From Octopus sinensis (lineage: Eukaryota), in NCBI RefSeq assembly GCF_006345805.1, contig NW_021832417.1, positions 107,261 through 171,260 on the forward strand: a stretch of DNA of 64,000 nucleotides, given 5' to 3'. Of the stretch, positions 39,301 to 51,652 are shown piece after piece. Both the position numbers and the translations under genes were made by a program. Every line of letters begins with the position of its first letter. Position 1 is the first letter of the stretch. The notes below the pieces were generated by a model. It made no database searches, was not told the DNA's origin, and saw only the letters and a list, made by a program, of their open reading frames with translations.

Positions 39301-40232
39301 ACAGAGGAACCTAGGATGAAGGTGAGTGAGAAAGTAACCCAGTTTGCTAAAAGAGTTAAGGAAGAGATAAAAAAACAAGCCCAGAAGAAGAACAACAAAG
39401 AATGGCTAGATAAACCGATGAATGGCCGATACCCATGTAGAGTGAACAAACCAGGTGTAGAAAAATGAGACACTGGTGTATGGATGAAGAGCTCAGGACT
39501 GAAGGCTGAAAACTAAGGTTTTATCATAGCAGCACAAGATCAAAGCTTGGCAACCAGCTTACCACAACAAAATAATGAACGATGGCAGTGACCCAAAATG
39601 CAGAATGTGTCGTGAGCAGGATGAAACAGTGGACTACATTTTAATTGGATGCACAGCACTTGAAAAAAAATGAATATATTCATAGACATAGAGTAGCGCA
39701 ATATATTCATTGGAAGATATGTAAACACTCTCAGCTTCCAACTTCAGAAAGATGGTACCAGCATAAACTTGAAGCTGTATCCAGAAAACATGATGTAACA
39801 GTACTCTGGTACATGCCAATGAATACCGATAAAGAAATCAAGGCAAACAGGTCAGACATAATCATCAAAGATGGGAAGAATAAGAAATGCTTAATGATAG
39901 ATGTGACAGCACCATCAGAGAGAAATGTATCCATTAAAGAAGTTGAGAAGTACAAAGTCCTAGAAATAGAAGTGACTAAGATGTGGAGAATGAAAAGCAG
40001 CACAGCACCAGTGGTGATTGGAGTGTCAGGGCTAATTAAAAAGGGCCTTGATAAGCAGCTCAACAAACTCCCTTGCAGCATTAACATGGGAGAACTTCAG
40101 AAAATAGTGTTGCTAGGTTCCGCACACATTTTATGCCGTGTACTCTCCATGAGATGAGGACCTGCTGTAACCCTAAGGTCAAGGGATGACCCTGGTTAAG
40201 CAGAAGACACCGGACCATATTCTATTTTAAAA
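36361..40232 (+). mobile_element. R4/Dong-clade retrotransposon B, near full length, decayed, with an internal deletion near 38060
   Basis: About 600-nt 5' UTR; RTKWNREEYKLVMKTYY; [91 protein letters not shown]; (CTA)n(TAA)n tail. Confidence 0.9.
36488..36606 (+). ncRNA. Candidate atypical HDV-like ribozyme in the Dong B 5' UTR
   Basis: By-eye assignment of P1, P2, P3, P1.1, P4 and J4/2 in the correct order (see finding); several linker lengths are non-canonical. Confidence 0.35.
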
Positions 40233-40273
40233 CTACTACTACTACTACTACTAATAATAATAATAATAATTTT

Positions 40274-40565
40274 AAAAAATAGAGGTAACTTGAATGTGGA
40301 GTCTAAAAGAAGAAACAATTGCTACCATAGTAGGTGCATTAGGTATGATAAAAATATTCAGATAAATAGATAACAAAAACATCAGCACTAACCAGTATAT
40401 ATAGCATACAGAAAATAGCACTACTAGGCACTACACACATCCTACGTAAAACACTTTCAATACAGTAACAATAAGAGCATCACAACAAACAACTGCACAT
40501 ACCCAAGGCACACAGAGCTGCGCTTGGTAGTGCAGTGAAAGCATGTGATAAAAATAAGACTGTTG
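40274..40565 (+). mobile_element. R4/Dong-clade element C, 3' fragment
   Basis: MWSLKEETIATIVGALG...IQKIALLGTTHILRKTLSIQ*, followed by a UTR and (AAC)(AAT)n. Confidence 0.8.
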
Positions 40566-40590
40566 AATAACAACAACAACAATAATAATA

Positions 40591-41147
40591 AATGCCTTGA
40601 TGCAATACCAGCTACTGGTTCTCATAGGTTCTAATCTTAACTGATTGAAAATGTTATTATGTACATATTTTGCCTTGGTGTAAAAGATGGGCTACAGTAA
40701 ATATTCTGCTCAGTAACATAGATTTGCTTGTCAGTTGTTTGACTTTAACCAATTGAGCATGTTCCTTGGTGGCTGACAATATGTGCATATCTGATCATGA
40801 GCAGAAGTAGTGGAGAAGCATTGTAACCATGTTTTGAGAGTAGCTCTTTGGGGTTTGAATAATTGACCTCGGGAAACAAGGGTGTTTTGTTCAACATCCT
40901 TACACAACCCTTATCCAGGGACCTTTTAAGTGGGATAGGCTCCTTGACTTGAAGAAAGTTCTAATTGGGTCTCACCTGCAAGGTCATGCACTGTTTACCT
41001 TAATATGAAATCCCTATGTCATGCACATATGGTCATGATGCATGTACCCAGTGTACACTTATCAGACAGGCAGTCACAATTGGTATAATTGGCTTCAAAT
41101 CTTTGTATCCCAGTGTCACTCTGATGGCATGCGTTGCTATCTCCCTC
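40591..41147 (+). mobile_element. About 560-bp non-coding element bounded by (AAT)n on both sides, putative non-autonomous retroposon
   Basis: Sharp boundaries against (AAT)n; no ORF. Only one copy in the window; resemblance to an abundant octopus repeat is from memory. Confidence 0.5.
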
Positions 41148-41284
41148 AATAATAATACTAATAATATTGAGCAGGCAGAATAGGGCAGTGAGCTGACCAA
41201 ATTGTTAGCATGTTGTAGAAAAATTTTCCGTGTTAATGTTTAACAGCTGACATGGTAGAAGACTGCAAGATTATCAGCTATCTA

Positions 41285-41695
41285 TTGAGCAACAACTTTG
41301 GCTATCTTTTTGAATTCAGTATCTCTGCTGTCCATAGACATGCTTATAAAATCAAAAAGAGCACAGCATCCATGACATTCAGCAATACATTTTTATGCTC
41401 AGAATTGTCAAAGCATCGAATAAACTACCTGCTTTGGCTGTTTGCAATCAGAGATCTCTATACATTAAAAAAATTCCATTCTTCCCAAAATCCACCAACA
41501 CTTCCAGGCACCTTCTCTTATTTATAGATTGTTTACTGTTCATTTTTCTATCTTTTTGTGTTTTATCCTGAGTACTAAGTAGGTACTTTTTACTATCATT
41601 GCTATTTTTCTTCACTTGGTTTATTACTGCTCTCTGTCAACTCTTTCACCCTTTTCTGGTGAATTGCAGTATACCTGAGCACTGTGTACAGTCAG
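41285..41695 (+). mobile_element. Decayed CR1 3' end, same family as 50225-50735
   Basis: Colinear with 50400-50720 (AGCACAGCATCCATGACATTCAG vs GGCACAGCTCCCATGACTTCAG; CCTGAGCACTGTGTACA vs CCTGAGAACTGTATACA). Confidence 0.7.
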
Positions 41696-44229
41696 CTCGG
41701 TATTATAGTTTACAGATACATTTCTTTTAAAACCTCAACAATTAAATGCTCAAAGACAGGAATATCATTTTTTAATGAAGCAAACATGGGTCATTTCAAG
41801 TGGCTACACACCTAATCTGACAACTTGTAACCTTGTGCCAATGTGAGTTACAGAAGTAGAAGAGAACATGTGGTAGAATTAGTACTTTCATGTTATGTGT
41901 GGGAATTTGCAAAATTGAAGACAAATGATTGCAAAGGTTGCTGACCTTGTGCTAATATCAATTAGAAATGATATTTGCACAAGGTCAGCAACCTTTACAA
42001 TCATGAATGAATGAATTACAGAATTGGTAAAGTATTGGACTAAACTTCAAAATGTATTTAATTTTATCTTATTATATTCACTTGGTTGAAACCTGACTGA
42101 TATCCATTTTCTTCTTCATCACTGTTTGGAATCAATGATATAAGTACCAGATATATACTGAGGTTGGGGGTTAGCTCAATCTGCAAGCCCCATATCCCCA
42201 AATGCATTTATATGGCTATTAAAAAAAATAAATAAATAAAAAGCAAGAATGGCAAAAATCTGTGTTCACACATTTCATATTTTCATTCAATATGAAATAC
42301 TGTAATAGAATATTCTGTACTAGAACATATTGCTTCAGACACTGCTACAATATATATATGCTGTTCTTCCCTTCAGTAGTACACACCTACACACAACATC
42401 ATCCACTGCTATGCAGCATATTTCACACTACAACATGCTATGTAAAATACTGCTTCACTCCATATTCAACACTACTAAATACAACAGAACACATATACAT
42501 TATTATATACCTTATTACTCACTGTTACACACCATACATATTGGCACACTATATCACATATGGCTACACACTGGATGTTATATAACTAGACATCATTTCA
42601 TACACTGCTAAATATCACAACATACGCTGAGACACAATATACCACGCAGAACTATATTAAGTATCTCACATTGCTTACACCATACTGCTGCACCATATCA
42701 CCTCCAACCATACTCTCCCATATCACACACTGCCAAACATCGAACAAATATCTTGCTTCTTGCTTTTCTTTTGGTCATCTGATTTTGATTTCTACATAAA
42801 GCCATTCCAACTTGCTAAAGCTGCTAGTATTTTTGATAAAGGCATTGAGATTTCAAGTTTCCTATTCCTATTCTTGCACTGGTTTTAGTTATTAGACTGT
42901 GGCTATGATTCTGAGCCTTCTTTAAGGGTTTAGTTGATCATATTCATCCCAGTAGCTGTTTCTCTCCACTACAAATTTCATCATCTCTGTTATCTGTCTC
43001 TAAGGCAGTATGAAGTGAAGCATGTCAACACTGATTGTGACATGGGCTCATACATACACACACACAAACATTCACACACACAAGCACACGCACACACAAG
43101 CATGCACACACACACACATGCACACACACATGCACACATACACATGCATGCACACACATACACACAAACATGTACATACCCACACACACAAGTGCACACA
43201 CACAGAAACACACATATATATGTATGTATAAATACATATATACATGCCCCCCACCCACATTTACAATGGAGTTCCACATACTTATTTGTCTATCATATTC
43301 TACTTACTAAAGCATTAGTCAATTCATGTCTCCAGCAGAAAACACTTGCCTGAGGCATGATACAGTAAAACTGGACATAAAAACATGTGACTGTAACACA
43401 AACTTATTGTGCCACATGGCTATGCTTGCATCATTTCCTAAACATCTTAAATTTCCTGTTTCTTTATGAAGGATTAAATTTAATTTCTTTCAATGGCTTT
43501 ATATCAAATCAACATAGACAGCCAAGCAGTTAATCTAATGTTATCAGTTGGTGCTTTCTGCTAATGTTTCCAGGGACATTTTGTTTATGGAAAAATTAAA
43601 CCCATTTAACCTAAAGTTTTTTTTAATACCTTCCATAAGAATGATATTTTTTGGTGAATAAAATTTCAGTAAAGATTTTGTTTTCATTCTTGGGAGCATT
43701 AGTTAAAAACCAGACTCTTCTCTGTATAATTATTCTGTTTTCTTTTAGTATTCAATATCAAAAATTGATTGAACATTTTTAACCTGTATTTTATTTTTTT
43801 AATCATAAAATTTCAATAAATTTGAAGATTGAAGCTGAAAACACTTGGAGAATATTATCTTGAAGATTTTAGATTTTAGATCCACTGTAATTGCATGCAA
43901 GGAAATATTTTAGTGAAAGCTAATACTTTAAAAGTGATGTAGCTAACAGATTTTAATTCAACTCTGAAATTAGTATAAATGCAAAAGAAACCTCTTGTAA
44001 AACAATTACATCTTATTTGTGTATTAAAAAAAATTGGGGTGTTTTGGTCAAAATGTTTATGAAATCATTTCTAATCATTACCCTGCAGTAGTTAAAGCTT
44101 ATCAGAAAATGTTTTGATAACAAAAATAGATCCATTATATTCTCAGTACTGGATTAGTCTAGTAATAAGACTAGCATATGCTATAGTCATTGCAATTTAA
44201 GTGACCCTATGTTATGTGCATATACTGCT

Positions 44230-44580
44230 TTTAATTTGTATGAAAATGGAGTGTATTGGTTGATCCAGTGCTTAGAATATTTGCAAGATTCAGTTCCCCC
44301 CATATTAAATGCTTGCAAGTTTTTGATTCTGATTCAGTGACTCTGTACTTGTTCTACTGTTGAAGTACAATACTGCCTTCAATGTTTATGAAGAATTGTA
44401 TGCTTAAAGTTGATCCAACACTCTGAATACTTCCGAGATCCAATACACTTTGATTTAAATACTTGCAAGCTATCAATTTTGATTCAGTAATTCTGATCTT
44501 TTTATTCATGAATGACTGGTTGTGTAAAGTTGATCCAATATTCAGAATACTTTTGAGATCTAACACACTTTAAATTAGAC
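44230..44580. repeat. Three degenerate tandem units spaced 150 and 120 bp
   Basis: GTTGATCCA anchors at 44259, 44409 and 44529 with similar downstream sequence. Confidence 0.7.
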
Positions 44581-45619
44581 AAATTATGATAATAACATTG
44601 AAAGGCAATGATAAATAGGTAAACTTATTTAATTAATTTTAATAAGATTCTAATTAACAGACTAGCTATTTTATTTTCCTAGTTTGTTGGATTAAATTCA
44701 TTGTATAATAATTGAATCTAATTATTATTTTTCTCATAAATAAAACTGGTTGAACGAATCATGTTATAACTAAAATATCATAGACATTGTCATAATAAGC
44801 ATCCCATTAAATCTTGCTGGGATTTTTAAATAGGTAAGAAGGGTTTTATAGTGTACATTTTCAATTTAAACTTTATACTGTCAAGCAAAACTGCAATACA
44901 AATAACTAGTGTAAATTAATTGGGTCACATTTTCAGCATTAAACAATAATTACAAATTTACATTACATTATGGTTGTGTAACAAGTGGAAATATACGGCA
45001 TGTGCACTTTGCTTACTCAGCTATGCTATGTAAAGATGAATTCACATAATGTTGTAGCATTTCAGCTTTGTAATTTTAAGTTTAGTTAAAACAAAATTAA
45101 CATTTATAGGAGAAGGGTTCACTCATTCAAATTGGCTATATGATTTACAATGTCTAAGCCAATGAGTAACAGGAAAAAAAATTAGAAGGATGAGGGTGAT
45201 AGTTGAATTAATACATTCTTATTTACAGAAAATATCAAGGTAAGAGAGAAACTAATCCAGTAGAGATGGCATAGCAATTCTCTCTTGAAGTAACATCCTC
45301 AGGTTATACACTACAGTCTTAAAAAAGAAAAAAGAACATTGGAGAATGTTATCCAAGATATATTATGCCTGAAGAAAAGATGATATGGTCGTAGCTGGAA
45401 AACCTTTGATCACACTCTGTTTCATGAGGCCTGGTTTGAGGCTAAACAACAACTGTTAAGTGAAGAAATCATTGTAAACAGAACATGGACCAGATGGTAC
45501 CTATATAGAGAAGAAATGCTTTGTTATACGTTAGGATCAATGATTTTTTATTGTTAGATACATTATTGATTTTGTCAAACTTTGATTACAGTCAGATCTT
45601 CCTTGAAAATATGTTAACC

Positions 45620-45805
45620 TTGTTGTTGTTTAGCCCAAGGTCAGCTCCGTTTGATCTGGCATATGATCAAAAGCATTCTAACCTTGACCATTCCATCTTT
45701 TAAGACAGTTTATATCAGTATACATTATCCAATACTGCCTTTTCATTTTTTGAGAGAATGTCAAGAGAGATCTGACTGTTATTTTTAGCAGGTTGAACAA
45801 TCACA
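45620..45805. mobile_element. Family F repeat
   Basis: Similar to 8135-8310. Confidence 0.5.
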
Positions 45806-45914
45806 TACAGATTTCCTCATTGTTAATGATCATGAAGAAGATAATACTAGAAATAGCAATAAGAATCGCTGTACTTGAAAAGACCTGCCCACCACAGCAG
45901 AATTGAGATCCTAA

Positions 45915-46170
45915 AACCAAGGCGCCATGTAAAAAGTACTGATGCTGGTGGTATTTAAAAAGCACCTGTGATGGTGCCATGTAAAAAACACCCAGTACAC
46001 TCTGTGGAGTGGTTGGCATTAGGAAGGGCATCCAGCCATAAAAATCAAGCCAAAACATATTATGGAACCTGGTGCAGCCCCTAGCCTTACCAGTTCCTGT
46101 CAAGCCATCTAACACATGCCAACATGGAAAATGGATGTCAAATGATGATGATGATGATGATGATGATATG
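45915..46170 (+). mobile_element. RTE-type 3' tail fragment
   Basis: GGTTGGCATTAGGAAGGGCATCCAGCC...ATGGAAAATGGATGTCAAATGATGATG. Confidence 0.8.
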
Positions 46171-48523
46171 GCAATGATGATGATGACTGGCACAAGACCA
46201 CAAATTTGGAGTAGGATTGTATAGATAAGATGTACTTTATTGATACTTTGTTTTATCCACTTTAGATGGATGAAAGATAAAGTCACCCATGTTTAGAATT
46301 GTACTCAGAATGTAAAGAGTCATAATTAGATATGATGACAAAACATTTTGTCTGATGATCCATTGATTCCATTAATAAAAAGTTCAATATTGGCACAAGA
46401 TCACATATTCTTTGAGCAGGGGTATAATCAATTATATTGACACCTATAAATAAAAATAAATGAAACTACACCAGTAGTTAAACATAACTAATTGATAGGT
46501 GTATATAATAATTTATTTATCCATCAATAGAAACCTAATTAATTACTTATTAATTCTAAATGTTCTCCAGTTTTTAGAATAGGTATTCCACATATTGTTA
46601 GAGGCAACTAAAAAGTTGGTATCTAGCAGAGCATCAACCATAAAAAATGTTTCAAAAACGTTCCTTTCAACTCAGGCTAAAGAGGACATAGTAATATTGT
46701 TTCTGCCACAGTCACCATTGGAGAGAGGGTGTGCATGAAAACATTCAAAGACGCCTTGATATTTTTTCTAACTTTGCTATTAGTACACATATTTTAAAAT
46801 CTGGAACGATTAGTAAAGAATGTAAATATATTCAACAATGCATGTCTGTTACTCTACAAACATAAAAAAACAAAAAAAAAAACAGTGTGCCAGTCAAATA
46901 TTGAGAATGATATATATTCTTATGATGTAGCCCAGAAAGTAATTAACCTTAATATTGAAATAAATAAATGCAAATTTCCTTACTTATTAGATATTATTTT
47001 AAATAATTAAGAATACCTATTCAAACTTTTATTTCTTTTTGAAAGAAATTATCAGAATAAGCGAAATAACTATAACTAAGAACTGAACTTGAGTTGAAAA
47101 TTAGTGAGCTGCAAATTTGATTTGCTACAAACTCAACTCCTCTTCTACTATTTTGATTGCTATTAAGATAGAGACAATGTTTTAGAATTACTTTTCTTCA
47201 GATAGTGAGAAAGGTTATTACATAAGGTCAAAGTTTAGTGGAAATGTTCTATGATATTGATACAAACTATCTCAGTGCATTTCTATAAATTTTTCATTAA
47301 CTGAATTAAGGTGATATGATAGCGATGTGAAATCATAAAAATGAAATTGTTGTTGAATGAATTCAATTAATTCTTAAGAAGTCTTGTTATGCAGTCGTAA
47401 CTGATTGAATTCAATCTGCAGAGCAAGTATAACTGATATAGAGACAAGAGAGCTGGTGCGTAGGCTTTAGCATTTGACCAATGGTATAAAGTGTAGTTAT
47501 TGCAGAACATGTTAAACATAAAACTTGGGGTTCCTATTTTAAAGACAGTATTGTGCTTATTCAAGGAGAAATGTCTATTGTATTATACAAGCTGTATGAT
47601 CACAGACACTTCCTATCTGAATAGGATTGCAAAATGGTACTGCATTATAGTTGTGTTTATTTATATAAATGTTCTCCCATTGGCTCAGTCAGGCAGTACA
47701 AGGGTGACAGGTATTGTATATCAGTGGTATGACCTTGGTGAAATAATTCTTCGAATTTTGTTACAGTTTCCATTTGCATGTCTTTTAATTCAGTTATATC
47801 ACTAAATGATTTTAAGAGAACCATAAACACTACAAATTCAACATTAAAAAATATTAGAGTGCAGAATCCAATAGAGAAAAAAAAAAAAGAAAATTAACAG
47901 AAGATAAGCAGAAAAACTCTTCACCAATTTATACTTTCTGGTGATATATCAGATCATTTGAAGCTGCATATGTTGTATTAAGATTGTGATAATAATATAA
48001 AGAGTAAGGATGATGAAAATGATGATGATGATGGTGGTGGTAGTGATGATGGTGGTGGAGACGATGCCTGTAATAACGGAACTAAAAATTTGCGATATAA
48101 AAATACAAACGTCGTAGTTAGTTTGTCTGAGTGAATTGAAATACAGACGTTGTAAGGGAGACAACTCTACCTTATTAATTGCAACGGTAAAAGATTATGT
48201 AATTACAATTTATTTCTGCTATCAACGGAATGTCAGCCTTTCACTAACATCGCGGCAAGGTTTCCCCATATAAGTGAAGCTAGTTTCAAATACTTGCTTA
48301 TTTCAGTACATGTGTACGTACACGTAAATATACTTTTACATACACGTAGATTATCTTTTTAAATAATTTGAATTTTAGCTAATAAGGCTCGAGGTGGTTT
48401 TTGTAGCAAAGAAACAGAGCTCTTTAGATAAAAACAATGAAGAGTTTGAATTTAGATAACAACAATTGAGTTTGAAATGAGCGAACGCCTTACATATTTA
48501 TATTGTTCCTCGTACAGATCGAA

Positions 48524-49068
48524 CTGGCGGGATTCTGGTTTACGGCTCATATATAACTCACCTTAACTTTTAAATTTTAGTTTTTTGAATTTCCAGAAAA
48601 TTCTTGCGAACTTGTGCTCTACCCATGGGAATTCATACCATTATGACTAGAAAAAAAATCAAAACTCCTCCCCGCTCATATAAATCCGAAAATTTCCACT
48701 ATTTAGATTTTCTTTTTATAAATTAGATTTTAAAATACAGAGAGTCCGAATTTTATGCTTAAATCCAGGAATCAACCACCCCTGGGTACATCATCATCAT
48801 CCCATTAAATATGTTTGTCAGGAGAAAAATATGGAGAAACATTAATACATGTCAGAGTGACAAAGAAACGAGTAAGATATCAGGTGGTCGTGAGATGTGC
48901 TAAAAACAACAGCTAAATCGCCCTTAAATCACACACAATTTATTTTTTACACAATCGTATGAAGCCCCGTGTGTAGAACACAAATTCGCCAACATTTTCT
49001 AAAAATTCAAAAAAGTAAAAAAGTTATGAGGGGTTACACGGTATACTTAAACTGGAATTCCACCCCTG
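48524..49068. mobile_element. MITE-like element with about 110-bp degenerate terminal inverted repeats
   Basis: 48524-48636 aligns with the reverse complement of 48957-49068 (GAATTTCCAGAAAATTCTTGCGAACTTGTGCTCTAC vs GAATTTTTAGAAAATGTTGGCGAATTTGTGTTCTAC). The right end reads CAGGGG inward. No clear TSD. Confidence 0.5.
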
Positions 49069-49671
49069 AATTTTCAAAATGGGTGTCAGAAGGTCGTTTT
49101 CTTTGTCTGGAAACGTAAGATTTCGAAATTTCACATGAGGACGTTTAGTAATATAACCAGATGCAGCAATGATAAATTATGGATATAAATGTAAATTTAC
49201 AATGTCGGTTGATACGTTGTGAGTTTCGAAACTACTGTTCTTTTATACTATTTTAATATTTTATCAGTTGCTGCCTGGTATTGCTAGAGCATTATCATTA
49301 ATGTTACTTTCATTTAATTTTTTGCAGCCCTCCATTTGTGGTTGTTTTTTGGTGAATTAGTGAGTTGGATATCTTTGTTCTCGTTTGTGTTATTTGCCGT
49401 GATGCAGGCTCGTTCGGGATCTCGGATAAAAAAGGATATCTGGATTTATTAAAAAAAAAACCCGAAACACTTCATCCTCTTCAAATAAATCTCTGAAGTT
49501 TTAGGTAAAGTATTGAAGAGTTCTGAGCTTTTAAACTCTAAACTGCTACACTATCGGTTCTAATTCTAGGTAGCATGGGCGAGACCTTTGCTACCATGCT
49601 GTGGCATCCAGTTCAGGGATTAACATAACGTTTAACCTTTGAACTGGGACGCCATCAGAGTACTAGCGTAC

Positions 49672-49854
49672 CTTTCGCGCCTTCCACTCCAGAGAATACA
49701 GTGCCTGTTCTTTCAGCCTCACCCGGTTGCTCATCTCTAAATTGGGGCATTCTGATGTAACAGATTTGAGTTGTCTAAAGTTCCACTGTATTTGAAACAA
49801 TTTGGCGACTATAATTGGAGGAAATAATCCAGATGTCCTCCACAGGACCAACAT
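49672..49854 (-). CDS. Candidate first coding exon of an unidentified gene (MLVLWRTSGLF...ALYSLEWKARK)
   Basis: 61 open codons from ATG to an AAG|GTACGC donor, in non-repetitive, GC-richer, CpG-containing DNA next to the CpG boundary. No homology recognised. Confidence 0.25.
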
Positions 49855-50054
49855 AGTCTCTCGTTCGCTTGTTCTGAATAATTTCAGAATCCATCCAACC
49901 AGTTGCGTCAGTAATATACACAAAACGATGATTTATTACTCATATTGATTTCCTGCAATGATTTCCTGCAATGATTGTGTCTCGGGAATTGCAATCACTC
50001 ATTGCCTTGTGTATTCCGAATGCAACGTGTTTGTGGGGTAATAGTAGAGCGCTT

Positions 50055-51109
50055 GGATCTTTTCGGTTTGAACGGCAGTTTTTTCTAGCGGTGTCATATG
50101 AAATTGTTACCCATAGTTATGACCCTAAAATCGATCTATTGCATTTCAATCTGTTTTAGGGTTAGGGGTGGGGGGAAGAGTATCTCTTTTCTTCACAAAT
50201 GTAAATCTATCTATCTATCTATCTGCGGCTTTATATAGCTATGGTAAGACCTCACCTGGAATTTGCATCACCGGTCTGGAACCCCTATCTTGCCCAGGAT
50301 ATCAATCGTCTGGAAGCTGTTCAGCGACGTGCAACCAAAAGAATACTCTCCATCAGGCATTTGCCATATCCTGAACGCCTTACTTCCACCCATCTAATAC
50401 CCGTGGACATATTTACAAAGTAAGAAAACGGCACAGCTCCCATGACTTCAGGAAACATTTTTTCACGCTGAGAGTTGCTGAAGCATGGAACAAACTGCCG
50501 GCATCAGTTGTTAGTTGTCGGAGCACTGCATCCTTCAAAACTTCCATGCTTCCTGAGATTCGCCAACACTACACTTGATTTTCTCCCCTCCATACACACA
50601 CAAGCGTGTATCTGACTCATACATTGTTCGCTTTCCAGACATTTCTACATTACTGCATGTACTTTATATGCACTTTCTGACAAGTTGTGGTGCACCTGAG
50701 AACTGTATACAATAATTTCATTATTTATTATTATTATAAATAAACCCAATCTGTTACTTAAACGAGGGACATATTCATACGGCACAGAATGTTTTTTTTT
50801 ACCTCAATAGACGTATTTGATTGGTTGAAATTGCAGAAATTGAAGAAAAAAAACAACAAATATCTTACAAACTATAGAATTTTCTCAATAAAGCCAAGAG
50901 AAAAAGGTGTTTTATAAACACATTCTACCAGTATACGAAGTTTAAAATTTTTTAGTTACCTAGAAATTATGTTAAAAACTGCCGTTCAAACCGAAAAGAT
51001 CACCCTAAAACTGATAGAAATGCAATAGATCGATACTAGGGTCATAATTATGGGTGACAATTCATATGACACTGCTAGAAAAAATCTGCCGTTCAAACCG
51101 AAAAGATCC
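50055..51109. mobile_element. MITE with about 105-bp TIRs (GGATCTTTTCGGTTTGAACGGCAG...), containing a CR1 fragment
   Basis: 50055-50163 is the near reverse complement of 51001-51109; an extra copy of the terminal ~28 bp lies at 50975-51001. Confidence 0.8.
50225..50735 (+). mobile_element. CR1 3' fragment with internal deletion and (ATT)n tail
   Basis: MVRPHLEFASPVWNPY...LEAVQRRATK...YPERL, then RGHIYKV...FFTLRVAEAWNKLP. Confidence 0.9.
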
Positions 51110-51652
51110 TAGGCAGTTTGTACTACCTCTGTTGAAGGAGTACACTATATTCTCTTCGGGTGGATCTCTTTTAATGCTGCTGTTTGTGAGCCATTAGGTT
51201 CTTCGGGTATGCTCAGCTGGAAATAGTTGCTACACACTTCCCATTGGTTTGGTTGGGAACAGTTGCTCCCATTGAGTTTGGAATCAGTAAAGCAGCAATT
51301 TAACCTTGCTTCTCCATGAATCAGCCATAATTTATGTAGAGACTAGCAAACTCGTAGGAAGAATCAAAGTTATCCATTAATATTCTCTTTCTCTCTAAAA
51401 TCAATAGGAAAGTTCGCATCTGCAGAGTAACATCCGACCTCTATTCTACTACATAATGCTAGCACGTGCCCATGTGCGTGACTGCATAAGAATATAAGAA
51501 AATTTGTATTCTTTTATTCTGTAAATGCTTTCACTTGTTGAGTCTCACCGTCGGGGGTCTTAGACGACAATAACAACCTTAGTACTTTGCCTGGTACCTA
51601 TTTTATTGACCTCAGGGGTGAAAAAGGTAAAGTGACCTGGAAGTTAAATACC

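Noticed and set aside
35573-40087. Minus-strand ORFs over the Dong elements (also over the CR1 and RTE)
   Set aside because: They are antisense shadows of retrotransposon coding sequence.
41252-41527. 91-aa ORF in apparently unique DNA
   Set aside because: The DNA is colinear with the CR1 3' end at 50400-50720, so it is a decayed LINE piece.
45229-45239. 11-nt micro-exon (TTTACAG|AAAATATCAAG|GTAAGA)
   Set aside because: Strong signals, but cannot be linked to any other exon, and such pairs arise easily in AT-rich DNA.
47195-47260. YYIRSKFSGNVL resembling a ricin-B lectin strand
   Set aside because: A stop follows immediately, a frameshift is needed to continue, and the match is too short.
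47500-47805. 101-aa hydrophobic ORF near the CpG boundary
   Set aside because: No recognisable motif, overlapping open frames on both strands, and a few ORFs of this length are plausible by chance.
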